Source of the DNA: an uncultured Verrucomicrobiae bacterium
GTDB taxonomy: Bacteria; Verrucomicrobiota; Verrucomicrobiia; Chthoniobacterales; JAFAMB01
Assembly (NCBI GenBank): GCA_963736745.1
Contig: CAVTQD010000029.1
Span: forward strand, 66,931 to 130,930
Direction: 5' to 3'
Length of the DNA: 64,000 nt
Shown: piece after piece, positions 1-9,424 of the stretch
Position numbering within the stretch: the stretch's first letter is position 1
How the letters are laid out: the number at the start of each line of letters is the position of its first letter
The notes under the pieces: generated by a model
The model's database searches: none
What the model saw: the letters and a program-made list of their open reading frames with translations, nothing else
Told to the model about the DNA's origin: nothing
Made by a program: the position numbers and the translations under genes

Positions 1-453
1 GGCGGTTCAAATGGCGGGTTGCTGGTCGGCGCTGTGCTCACACAGCGTCCCGATTTGTTTGGGGCGGCGGTCCCGGAGGTTGGCGTTCTCGATATGCTGA
101 GGTTCCAAAAATTTTCGATTGGGTGGGCGTGGCAATCCGACTATGGATCTTCTGACGCTCCTGACGGATTTCAGAATTTGATCAAGTATTCGCCACTCCA
201 AAACATTAAAGAGGGAACATGCTATCCGCCCACTTTAGTGACTACTGGGGATCATGACGACAGGGTGGTGCCTGGTCACTCGTTCAAGTTCACCGCCACA
301 TTGCAGGCTGCGCAAGGATGCACGAATCCTGTTTTGATTCGAATCGAAACGAAAGCCGGACACGGGGCGGGCACGCCGATCAGCAAAATCATCGAGGAAG
401 AATCCGACGTCCTGGCATTTATGTGGGACGCTGTTGGAGTTCCCAAGAACTAG
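1..453 (+). CDS. Prolyl oligopeptidase (S9A), C-terminal part, truncated by window start
   Basis: Frame 1 opens with GGSNGG (catalytic Ser), then DHDDRV (Asp) and AGHG (His); stop TAG 451-453. Confidence 0.93.
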   Translation, partial: GGSNGGLLVGAVLTQRPDLFGAAVPEVGVLDMLRFQKFSIGWAWQSDYGSSDAPDGFQNLIKYSPLQNIKEGTCYPPTLVTTGDHDDRVVPGHSFKFTATLQAAQGCTNPVLIRIETKAGHGAGTPISKIIEEESDVLAFMWDAVGVPKN

Positions 454-729
454 TGCATCGTCTCATATGTAGCTGGCATATGGTTGCGTTCAAAATGGGC
501 CGCCGGGCAAGTCGTGAGGAGGGCGCATATCTGAATCGATACGTAACCCACGAGCAACGCAGCCGCCAGCCCATTTTCAACGCAACCCTCCGGGCCGCGG
601 CCAGTTGGCTGTTTTTCCGCGTTGCTCGCTCCTTACGTATCAATCTAGATATGCTCGTCGCTTGCGCCTTGAAAAACGGCCAACTGACCTGCGGCCATAT
701 GCCAGCTACATATGAGACGATGCACTAGT
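449..729. mobile_element. MITE-like element (~280 bp) with perfect 35-bp terminal inverted repeats including a CTAG at each end
   Basis: 449-483 ACTAGTGCATCGTCTCATATGTAGCTGGCATATGG is the exact reverse complement of 695-729; CTAG at 450-453 and 725-728; two internal hairpin subunits; no credible ORF. Confidence 0.85.
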
Positions 730-1225
730 AAAAATTCCGGATTTCCTGCAGCATCCGTCGAACGTGTGCGTAATCGCGACGCGGTTTCAGCACATGGTAG
801 CTTTTCCAGGGATCGCCCCATTCCAAAATTTGGATCGTGACGCGACGAACACCCCAGACATCCATTTCCGTTCTGGACGGGCAATAGAGGTCGATCGTGT
901 TTCGCCCGGACAAAGCCCAACCGTAGTCGTCGACCTGGTAGACCTGACCAGTGGCAAGGATCAGGAACTTCGTGCCGGCGGGCCACCTGGCCCAGTCGGC
1001 GGCCGCGCTGCGGACAGAATCGGCTAACAGCGTCGTGCCGATGGCACTGGATTTACCATAACGCCGATGATCACTCTCGGTGTCGGTGTAAGCGGTGGTC
1101 CGCACTTTCATGAACTGGCTGCGAGGCAAGGGAGCTTCATATTCCGGAAGTGAGCGCCCGGCGCAACCGACGAAGAGAATCGACAGAGTCGCGCAGGCGA
1201 CCTGGCGAACAACGCGAAAATTCAT
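725..1225 (-). CDS. 3D-domain (MltA-like) lipoprotein, putative peptidoglycan lytic enzyme
   Basis: Lipobox-like LFVGC; TTAY, AAADW-P-GTKF, VDDYG and TIDLY carry the three Asp motifs. Confidence 0.8.
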   Translation of the reverse strand: MNFRVVRQVACATLSILFVGCAGRSLPEYEAPLPRSQFMKVRTTAYTDTESDHRRYGKSSAIGTTLLADSVRSAAADWARWPAGTKFLILATGQVYQVDDYGWALSGRNTIDLYCPSRTEMDVWGVRRVTIQILEWGDPWKSYHVLKPRRDYAHVRRMLQEIRNFY

Positions 1226-1325
1226 GCGGGCCGATAATAGCTGGATCTGGAAAAAGAATGAACAAATTTTATCCTGAATTCCGCAGCTGTTGTGCGAAGC
1301 TCGAATCTGGAATAAAAAGCGAGTT

Positions 1326-2372
1326 ATGCTGGAGCGTTGGATTTTGCTTTTGGTATTTGGCTGGTCGGTCGGTTGGGCGGGATGCGAGCAGGCCTGCGCT
1401 CGCGACCCGAAGGTGCGCCGAGCTCTGCCGCTCGATGCGAATCTGCCTGCGGACTCGGCGCCATCGGTAGATTATCCGACCGCTCCGGGGGATTCGCGCC
1501 CGGGCCCAGATATTGCCGTGGCACGGACGCCCTCGTCCATGTCGGCTTTGCTTGTATATCCTTCAAGCGCGCCGATTACCATTGCGAGTTCTGCGATCAT
1601 GATTGATGCAAAGGCCGGCGCGGTGCTTTTTTTCAAGAACCCGGATGTCCAGCGACCGGTCGCCAGCACGCAGAAGCTTCTTACCGCTTTGCTGGTTGCG
1701 GAACATGGGGGATTGGATGACTCAGTTCGGGTAGCTCCCGAGGACTGCGCGGTTGAACCGACCAAGCTCGGATTCAGGTCGGGTGAAGTCTATACCAAAA
1801 GGCAACTCCTGGCCGCGATGCTGGTGCATAGTTGCAACGATGCGGCAGTATGCCTTGCCCGGAACGATGCCGGCAGTGTTTCGTCTTTCGCCAGATTGAT
1901 GAACGCGAAGGCGGCTCAACTTGGGGCAGGGAACAGCCATTTCGTCAATCCAAACGGCCTGCCTAAGCCGGGTCAGTTTTCGACCGCGCGTGATATGGCG
2001 CGGATCGCCTTTGCAGCCTATCACAATCCGACACTGCGCGAGTTCATGCGACTACCGGGTCTTACATTTACTTATAGTTCAGGCCGGCGGCGTTTTCTGG
2101 AGCCGACCAACAGGCTCGTCGAGCGTTCCTCAATATTTACAGGCATGAAGACGGGGTACACGGAGATGAGCGGTCGATGTCTAGTCTCCAGCGCATCAGA
2201 GGGCGGCAAAGATATAATCCTTGTTCAACTTGGTGGCACCCACCGCCTATTGTTCGATGACGCCCAAAGGCTTCTCCTCTGGGGTCTGGAACAAAGGGCA
2301 GGCGCCCCATTTAATAACATGTATTCAAATAGCTACGACCGCCGCGGCTCGGCGCTTCAAACCGTGTTTTGA
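1326..2372 (+). CDS. D-alanyl-D-alanine carboxypeptidase (peptidase S11)
   Basis: SxxK (ASTQK), SxN (SCN), KTG, HFVNPNGL; N-terminal signal peptide. Confidence 0.9.
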   Translation: MLERWILLLVFGWSVGWAGCEQACARDPKVRRALPLDANLPADSAPSVDYPTAPGDSRPGPDIAVARTPSSMSALLVYPSSAPITIASSAIMIDAKAGAVLFFKNPDVQRPVASTQKLLTALLVAEHGGLDDSVRVAPEDCAVEPTKLGFRSGEVYTKRQLLAAMLVHSCNDAAVCLARNDAGSVSSFARLMNAKAAQLGAGNSHFVNPNGLPKPGQFSTARDMARIAFAAYHNPTLREFMRLPGLTFTYSSGRRRFLEPTNRLVERSSIFTGMKTGYTEMSGRCLVSSASEGGKDIILVQLGGTHRLLFDDAQRLLLWGLEQRAGAPFNNMYSNSYDRRGSALQTVF

Positions 2373-2376
2373 GACC

Positions 2377-2979
2377 TTAAACGAGCGATTTGGGCTGGAG
2401 CCTTCCCACCTTGACATAGTCCATTCCGGCGGCGGTCGCGGCCTCAAAACCCGAGGTGCTGTCCTCGAGCACCAGACAGTCGGAAGGCTGAACGTCCATC
2501 CGGCGGGCGGCTTCGAGAAACATATCCGGGAACGGCTTTCCTCGTTTGACTTGTTCGGACGTGACTATGACTGGGAAAAAACCGCTGAATCCGATCGTTT
2601 CCAGGGTACTGATGACAACTGGAAGCACCCCCCCAGAGGCCACAGATACCTTCGCAAAGGCTGAGACTTGACGCGCGAACTCTGCGACTTCCGGAATGGG
2701 CTGAATCGTTGCAATCCGCTCGACATAAAGACGCTCCTTTTCAAACGCGACAATCTCCGGGTCGAGTGACGTACCGAATCGTTCGTTCAGATTTTCGACC
2801 ATCTTACTGCTTGGCCATCCTCCCAGGGCATAGAAGAGTTCTTCGGGCATCTGCCCGCCGAGCTTCTCCACTGTGTCTGCCCAAGCGCTATAGTGAATCG
2901 GCATGGAATCGGCCAGGGTACCATCGCAGTCAAAAATGTATCCCGCGTATCGCTTTTCGGGTGGAGTAAATACTGTCAT
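2377..2979 (-). CDS. HAD-family phosphatase (beta-PGM/YqaB-like)
   Basis: IFDCDGTLADS, GKPFPD, VLEDS motifs. Confidence 0.88.
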   Translation of the reverse strand: MTVFTPPEKRYAGYIFDCDGTLADSMPIHYSAWADTVEKLGGQMPEELFYALGGWPSSKMVENLNERFGTSLDPEIVAFEKERLYVERIATIQPIPEVAEFARQVSAFAKVSVASGGVLPVVISTLETIGFSGFFPVIVTSEQVKRGKPFPDMFLEAARRMDVQPSDCLVLEDSTSGFEAATAAGMDYVKVGRLQPKSLV

Positions 2980-3101
2980 AACGAAGGTCTGCGGATACTT
3001 GCACGTGTTCAAAGGGAGCACAACTGGTTCCGAGAAAACATATAATTGCAGGATTTTTATTGATTTTGGACGCTTTCCCAGGATGATTCCTCTCCCTTAT
3101 T

Positions 3102-3578
3102 ATGCGTCATACGATATCTGTTCTGGTTGAAAACAAGTTCGGGGTTCTTGCCCGGATTGCCGGCATGTTTAGTGGGCGCGGATTCAACATCGATAGTCTG
3201 AATGTTGCGCCGACAAATGATCCTTCTGCATCCAGAATGACGATCGTAGTACGCGGAGATGACACGGTTCTCGAACAGGTTACAAAGCAGTTGAACAAGC
3301 TGGTCGACGTGATTGAGATTCAGGATTTTCGGGATGGAGATTACGTCGATCGTGAGTTGGTGATGCTTCGTGTCAATGCTGATTCCGCGAATCGCTCGGA
3401 AGTCATGCAGATATGCGACATTTTCCGGGCAAAGATCGTCGACGTTCAGCCCAAGCGTCTGGCGATCGAAATTACTGGAAACGAAAGCAAGATCAGCAAG
3501 TTTCTGAAACTGATGGAGAACTTTGGCATCAGCGACTTGACGCGCACGGGCAAAGTCGCCATGGCTCGAGTGGAATAA
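3102..3578 (+). CDS. ilvN: Acetolactate synthase small (regulatory) subunit
   Basis: MRHTISVLVENKFGVLARIAGMFSGRGFNIDSL ACT domain; C-terminal RTGKVAM. Confidence 0.95.
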   Translation: MRHTISVLVENKFGVLARIAGMFSGRGFNIDSLNVAPTNDPSASRMTIVVRGDDTVLEQVTKQLNKLVDVIEIQDFRDGDYVDRELVMLRVNADSANRSEVMQICDIFRAKIVDVQPKRLAIEITGNESKISKFLKLMENFGISDLTRTGKVAMARVE

Positions 3579-3605
3579 GTCCCCCCTTTTAAATCAAATT
3601 CAAAT

Positions 3606-4632
3606 ATGCCAGCAAAAGTCTACACGGATAAGGACGCCGACCTCTCTCACCTCAATGGAAAGGTGTGCGCGGTGATCGGATTTGGATCCCAGGGTCACGC
3701 GCACGCGCTCAACCTCAAGGACAGCGGCGTACAAGTGGTAGTCGGTTTGTACAAAGGCAGCAAGTCTATTCGGGCAGCCGAGGAGCACGGTTTCCAGGTC
3801 ATGGAAGTTAGTGAAGCGACAAAAAAGGCTGACATCATTTTCTTTGCGACTCCCGATCTCAAGAGCGCGTCGATCTATCAAAGCGAAGTGGCACCTCATC
3901 TTCAGAAGGGAAAAACGCTTTTGTTCAGCCATGGTTTTGCGGTGCATTTCAAAACGATTGAGCCTCCGAAAGAAGTGGATGTAATCATGGTTGCGCCGAA
4001 AGGCCCTGGGCACATTGTGCGCCGGCAATACCTGGAAGGGAAAGGGGTTCCGGCGCTTATCGCGGTTTTTCAAAATCCGTCCAAGCAAGCGAAGAAATTG
4101 GCGTTGGCATGGGCGAAAGGGATTGGCGCGACCCGGGCGGGAGTGCTTGAAACGACATTCAAAGAGGAAACAGAGACGGATCTTTTCGGGGAGCAGACGG
4201 TCTTGTGCGGCGGCCTGACTTCGCTGGTTCAAAATGGATTCGAAACGCTCGTGGAAGCCGGCTATCAGCCGGAGATGGCCTATTTCGAATGTTTGCACGA
4301 ATTGAAATTGATCGTGGATCTGATGTACGAATCAGGGATCGCAGGCATGCGGTTCTCGATCTCCGAAACCGCAAAGTGGGGTGACGTCTCGGTCGGTCCG
4401 AAGGTGATTGACAGCTCCGTAAAGAAGAAGATGCAGAGCGGCTCTGAAGGATATTCAGAGCGGGAAATTCGCCAAGGGCTGGATCGCGGAATACGCAGCC
4501 GGTCTGCCGAACTATAAGAGACTTCTCAAGGAGGGGGAAAAACATTCCATCGAGAAGACCGGCGAACGCCTGCGCGGACTGATGCCCTGGATCCAGAAGA
4601 AAAACATCAAGGGCGCTCAGGCCGCCTATTGA
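3606..4632 (+). CDS. ilvC: Ketol-acid reductoisomerase, apparent frameshift near 4437
   Basis: [34 protein letters not shown]; C-terminus resumes in another frame ([15 protein letters not shown]) ending TGA 4630-4632. Confidence 0.95.
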
Positions 4633-4663
4633 TGGCAGAAATCCAACGTCGCCGAAATGCGAT

Positions 4664-5950
4664 TTAGAAGTCGAGGTGGTTCCAGTAGGTCACCTTGTCC
4701 TTGTGATTCGCGACGAATTTGACTGCGCCGTCCTGAGAAACCACAATTGCCAGGCATGGCGCATACTCGCGGCAAAGGCGATAGGCTGTACGGTGCCGGG
4801 TGCCGGCACCTTCCATGGACTCCAGGATGCAATCTTGCGCTTCGATGTCGAGGGCCCGATGCACCATTTCGTCTTCAAAACTAGGAACCTGAATCTCAAC
4901 GCCGAATCCAAATAAGGTGAATTTGTGGTCGACCAACAGGCAGCCGTCGACCGCCGTGAGATCAGAAAGCCACAAAGCCAGTTCCACAAATCGCTGGCTG
5001 AACGTGTATGGAAACTCTTCGTACCATGCCAGGTACTCTTGCCAGCCCGCGGACGTTTCTCCTTTAGCCACGGCAAATAGAGCCAGACGCCTTGTGACTT
5101 CCTCCAGAATGAGAGCAAAGGGAGACGCCGTGCAGCTTTCTTCGATCCGATACTTTGCACGCAAGGGGCCGCCTGTTTTCAGAAGGTCCCCCATGAGGAA
5201 TCTCGGTGCGAATACCATCGTGCCGCCGTGCCTGGAATTCCGAATCTCCCGGATGACTCTGCGCATGAAGGCGACCCCGATTTGTTCGGCGAGATCATCA
5301 CGTATAACGACCGAATTCGGCAGGTTTGGTGTAATGACTCCTGTAAATCCCTCACTTATCGTTCGATAACGCTGGAGAAACCAGGAAGAGGCAAACAGGT
5401 CGAATCCGTGACCTTCTACTCGGCCGTTGAGTAAGGTCACAATGCGCTCAGAACCGCGGTGAATTACGAGGTTTCCTGGACCTCTGACATGGATGATCAG
5501 CCAATCTGGAATTGGATGGTTGAGTGAGTCAACGGCTACAGTCAGATCCCTGGACCAGGCACCCGTGTGGATCATTCCGGAGATTTTGAACCCGCTTTGA
5601 GGGGACCATTCGACCGCGATCATCGATCGGTAAAAACCGGTCGCAGGCCCCAATCGGCGGATTTCCTGCTCTCCAAACATTCGGCGTTTTGCGAAGCGAA
5701 CGGCATGAAACCCGATGCGGGCCAGACCGGCGGGTTCAAGCTCTCGGCGCCCTAGAAGGGCGATGCGGCACTCGACAGGGCGACCTTCTTCCATGAGAAG
5801 GCTTGCCTGATAGGCGACGCTGATAAATGCATACAGCCTCTCGGCGGAATCAAGAATGGTATCTGCCCCAGTTGCCCGCATCCATAGCGACCAGATCTGT
5901 TCTGAAAGCTCGCGAGGATAGGAATGTGGGACTAATTCAACGGCTGACAC
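4664..5950 (-). CDS. DisA_N/DAC-like (diadenylate cyclase fold) protein with N-terminal sensor-type (DACNV-like) region
   Basis: HGGTMVF, AVDGCLLV (DGA-type motif), GTRHRTA (RHR motif), AIVVSQDG. Confidence 0.72.
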   Translation of the reverse strand: MSAVELVPHSYPRELSEQIWSLWMRATGADTILDSAERLYAFISVAYQASLLMEEGRPVECRIALLGRRELEPAGLARIGFHAVRFAKRRMFGEQEIRRLGPATGFYRSMIAVEWSPQSGFKISGMIHTGAWSRDLTVAVDSLNHPIPDWLIIHVRGPGNLVIHRGSERIVTLLNGRVEGHGFDLFASSWFLQRYRTISEGFTGVITPNLPNSVVIRDDLAEQIGVAFMRRVIREIRNSRHGGTMVFAPRFLMGDLLKTGGPLRAKYRIEESCTASPFALILEEVTRRLALFAVAKGETSAGWQEYLAWYEEFPYTFSQRFVELALWLSDLTAVDGCLLVDHKFTLFGFGVEIQVPSFEDEMVHRALDIEAQDCILESMEGAGTRHRTAYRLCREYAPCLAIVVSQDGAVKFVANHKDKVTYWNHLDF

Positions 5951-5999
5951 TGTTTAACTATTTCACTGAAGAGGCACCGGTACTTGTTTGAATTTTTCT

Positions 6000-7805
6000 T
6001 TATGCCAGTAATTCGCGAAGCTGGCCGATCCTCTTTTGGAATAGGTTCATTGCATTTTCGATTGGTTCGGGAGATTGCATATCGACGCCTGCCTCTCGTA
6101 ACGTGTCGATCGGGAATTTTGCTCCTCCCGATTTCAGGAAACTCAAGTAGGCAGCAACCTCCGGAGCGCCTCCCTTCAGAACTCTATCCGCCAATGAGAT
6201 CGAGGCGGAGATTCCGGTAGCATACTTGTAAACATAAAAAGCCGAGTAGAAATGTGGGATTCTAAGGCACTCGATGCTGAGTTGGTCATCGATCACGAAA
6301 CGCGGACCGAAATAGGCCTCGAGCAGATCGCGGTAGACTTTGCAGAACACATTGAGAGTCAGTGGGCCGCCGTTTTCCTCGATTTCGTGTACCTGTTTTT
6401 CGAACTCGGCGAACATCGTCTGGCGAAACAGGACCTGCCGGACGTCTTCGATCTGACGGTCGATGAGGTAAGCCCGCATCGTTGGTTCCTGCGCTCTCTC
6501 AAGGAGGTGATGCGTGAGCAGTTCTTCATTAAATGTCGAAGCTACTTCCGCAAGAAAGATCGGATAACTGTAATCTTGAAAGAGCTGATGATTCTGCGCA
6601 AACCAGGAATGCATCGAATGCCCTGCTTCGTGGGCAAGAGTGAATACATCGGAAAACACATCCGGTTTGTAGTTCATCAGGATATAAGGAGGATTGCCGT
6701 AACTCGAGGAGGAGAATGCGCCGCTTCTTTTCCCTTTTGTTTCGTAGCGATCGACCCATCGGGAACGCAGTCCGTTTTGGAGCGCGCCTACGTACTCGGC
6801 GCCGAGTGGACTAAGGGCCTCTACGACCAGATCGATAGCTTCATCGAAATTGACGTTGGTTTGAATCTTCGGGACCAGCGGTACGAAAGTGTCATACTGG
6901 TGAATATCATCGAGTTTCAGAAGTTCCCTTCGGAGATCGTAGTATTCGTGAAGCACCGGAAGATTTTTTCGAACCGTCGCGATTAGGTTGTCGTATACAG
7001 TCACAGGGATGTTGTCCCCGAATAGCGATGAGTGGCGAGCGGAGGGGTAATTGCGGATCTTTGCAGAGAAAGCGTCGGCTCGAACCGATGAAGCCAACGC
7101 GGAGGCCAGGCTGAATTTGTGATCCTCAAATTCCAGGTAAAACTGGAGGAAGGCTCTCCGGCGCAGGTTCCGGTCCTGTTTGTGGAGAAACGACAAATAG
7201 GTGCTCTGGGAAAGGGTGATTTCCTGGCCATCATCAGTCGTCAGAACGCCGAATTTCATGTCGACGTTTGTGAGCTGCGAAAATGTGTCCGAATGGCCGC
7301 GAATGACAGGTGCAGCGAGAGTCAGCAGCCGTTCTTCGGGCTCTGAGAGTGTGTGAGGCTTGTATCGGCGAAGTTTCGAGAGAGAGATCTTCCAATCCGC
7401 CAGTTTCGGGTCGTCCAGAAAGCGCTGAAATTGATCATCGGAAATCGCTTGGATTTCCGGATTGATGTAGGAGCCGGCCTCGCGGACCTTGGTGAGCAGG
7501 TTGGTCAACTCTGCGCGACGAGAAAGGTTTTTATCGTCCGAACTATCTTCGGAATATTTGAGCGAGGAGTAATGGCTGAGTCGTTCGGCAATTTGCTCGT
7601 GGCGGTTGTCGCAGTCCAGGCAGGCGAGCAGCGTGTCAGCCGATTCTGCCAGACGGCCTTTGAACTGCGCGATGTCCGTATAACGATCTCTCAGTTCAGC
7701 AAATGACCTTCGATATTTTTCTTCTGTTTTAAATAGATGGGTAAGATCCCATGTATCTTCTTCTTGGATTTCGGATCGGGCTGGGATTAGGAAAACAGTC
7801 GTCAT
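6000..7805 (-). CDS. pepF: Oligoendopeptidase F (M3B)
   Basis: TWDLTHLF start, GKRSGAFS, HEAGH zinc motif, AEVASTFNE, IPHFY. Confidence 0.95.
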   Translation of the reverse strand: MTTVFLIPARSEIQEEDTWDLTHLFKTEEKYRRSFAELRDRYTDIAQFKGRLAESADTLLACLDCDNRHEQIAERLSHYSSLKYSEDSSDDKNLSRRAELTNLLTKVREAGSYINPEIQAISDDQFQRFLDDPKLADWKISLSKLRRYKPHTLSEPEERLLTLAAPVIRGHSDTFSQLTNVDMKFGVLTTDDGQEITLSQSTYLSFLHKQDRNLRRRAFLQFYLEFEDHKFSLASALASSVRADAFSAKIRNYPSARHSSLFGDNIPVTVYDNLIATVRKNLPVLHEYYDLRRELLKLDDIHQYDTFVPLVPKIQTNVNFDEAIDLVVEALSPLGAEYVGALQNGLRSRWVDRYETKGKRSGAFSSSSYGNPPYILMNYKPDVFSDVFTLAHEAGHSMHSWFAQNHQLFQDYSYPIFLAEVASTFNEELLTHHLLERAQEPTMRAYLIDRQIEDVRQVLFRQTMFAEFEKQVHEIEENGGPLTLNVFCKVYRDLLEAYFGPRFVIDDQLSIECLRIPHFYSAFYVYKYATGISASISLADRVLKGGAPEVAAYLSFLKSGGAKFPIDTLREAGVDMQSPEPIENAMNLFQKRIGQLRELLA

Positions 7806-7975
7806 AGTGGAAAACGGGGTGCCGGTGCATTAACGAAACGGCAGGCGCCGTAGCGCCAGGAACGCAAGACACCAACGAACGTCAATGCGCGCGGGCGAAC
7901 GTCAATTGGAAAATTGAACCGCTGATTCCAGGCCAGCCGGGCATGGTCAAAGGTTTGCCGCTTGAAAATGGTTGT

Positions 7976-8872
7976 TCAGGAGCGTGGATGCGCTTCGTCA
8001 TAGGCCTTTTTCACGCGCTCCATCGTGACATGCGTGTAAATTTGTGTTGTCGACAAGTTGGCGTGTCCGAGTAGCGTCTGCACGCTTCGCAAATCCGCGC
8101 CGTTATCCAAAAGATGCGTTGCAAAGCTGTGGCGAAGTTTGTGTGGGCTGACACGCAGTTGGATGGATGTTTGAGATAAATGCTTCTTCAGCATCAACCA
8201 AATGGACCGCGCAGACGATCCGTTTCCTTAATTTGCTGAGAAACAACGGGCCGGACTGCACGTTTGCTTCAAACCGGTATTTCTGTATCGCCTTCAATGC
8301 AATCTGTCCTACTGGAACGATTCGTTCTTTCCGGCCTTTTCCAAGGACGCGGACGGTTTCGCTGAAGGTATCGACATCGGCGACATTCAGAGCGGCGAGT
8401 TCGCTCAGTCGGAGACCGCTGCTGTAGAAAAGTTCCATGATTGCAGAATCGCGTGCGGCAGCCCAGACAGGAGCTTGAGCTTGGCGCTGAACTCTATTCG
8501 GCGTCGTCAAAAGTTCGTCTACCTGCGTGACAGAAAGAACAATCGGAAGTTTCTTCTCCATCTTTGGCAATTGCACTTCCCTTAGCGGGTTTTCGCGAAA
8601 ACCCTCCCGTTCGACAAGGTATTTGTAGAAGCTGCGCAGTGCGGCAAACGTGAGCCGGACATACGACCTGGCCATGCCCTTTTTCATGCAGTCGAGCAGA
8701 AAGGCGCGGAACTGTTGCGCTGTGCAGATTCACCCACGAAATTTTGTCGCCTCCGAAATCCCTAAATTTTGCCAGGGCGTGTCGATAGGCTATGACAGTC
8801 CGTGGTGATGCATTTCGTTCGACGTCAAGATATTCAAAGTAGCGCTCAAGAAGCCGGTCCTTTTTATGGCAT
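7976..8872 (-). CDS. xerC: Tyrosine recombinase XerC, split over three frames
   Basis: [69 protein letters not shown]; start approximate. Confidence 0.88.
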
Positions 8873-8921
8873 CCGGCAATACAGAAAGGAGGCGAAGTCA
8901 TAGCCTGAATGTGCGGAAGGG

Positions 8922-9381
8922 TCACATTCGGCAAGTCGTCCTGAGTCAGAAAGCTGAGAAACAGCTGGCGATGTTCTCGTTCGTCCGAGAGAAGATCAAT
9001 CACCATATCCTGAGTTACGTAGTCGATTCCCTCTGTGAGGTTGATGATCTTCTGGTACTGCTGATGGATGCTTCATTGGCACTCATGACTCCTCGGATAA
9101 CTGCCATCGCATCAGCGTTGTCCAACGGTGGTTGCAACAAATTTTGATTTCGCGGCAATTCAAGCGAACCCGGGAAGACGGCCGCCCAGTACGTTGATGC
9201 GTTTCGCCAGGCGCCGCGCGTGTTTCAGTTTGAGAGTGACCTGTTCTTCGAGCGATTTCCTGATGCTTTCCGCGTCCGCCCCCTCCAGGTCGATCGAGTT
9301 GGCGAGATAATTCTGCATCGTCTCCAACTCTATGGCGTAGGATCTTTTCAGCTCGGTAATGATATCCTTCGTCTTATCCAC
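8922..9381 (-). CDS. Ferritin-like (Dps-like/bacterioferritin-like) four-helix protein, frameshifted
   Basis: SYAIELETMQNYLANSIDLEG, RINVLGG-PG, LQPP, DYVTQDMVIDLLSDEREH pieced across frames; end approximate. Confidence 0.75.
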
Positions 9382-9424
9382 ACGAAAGAATCCGTACGAA
9401 AGTTGCACTGAAGCGGAATGCAGG

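Noticed and set aside
318-986. ORFs 318-728, 419-643 and 645-986 sharing [11 protein letters not shown]
   Set aside because: The shared peptide in 318-728 and 645-986 is just translation of the MITE inverted repeats, and 419-643 is a shadow ORF over the same element
7976-8872. Phage integrase or island boundary; invertase for the lexA segment
   Set aside because: Length and motifs fit housekeeping XerC, neighbours are core genes, and no att or dif-like site was recognised in the repeats
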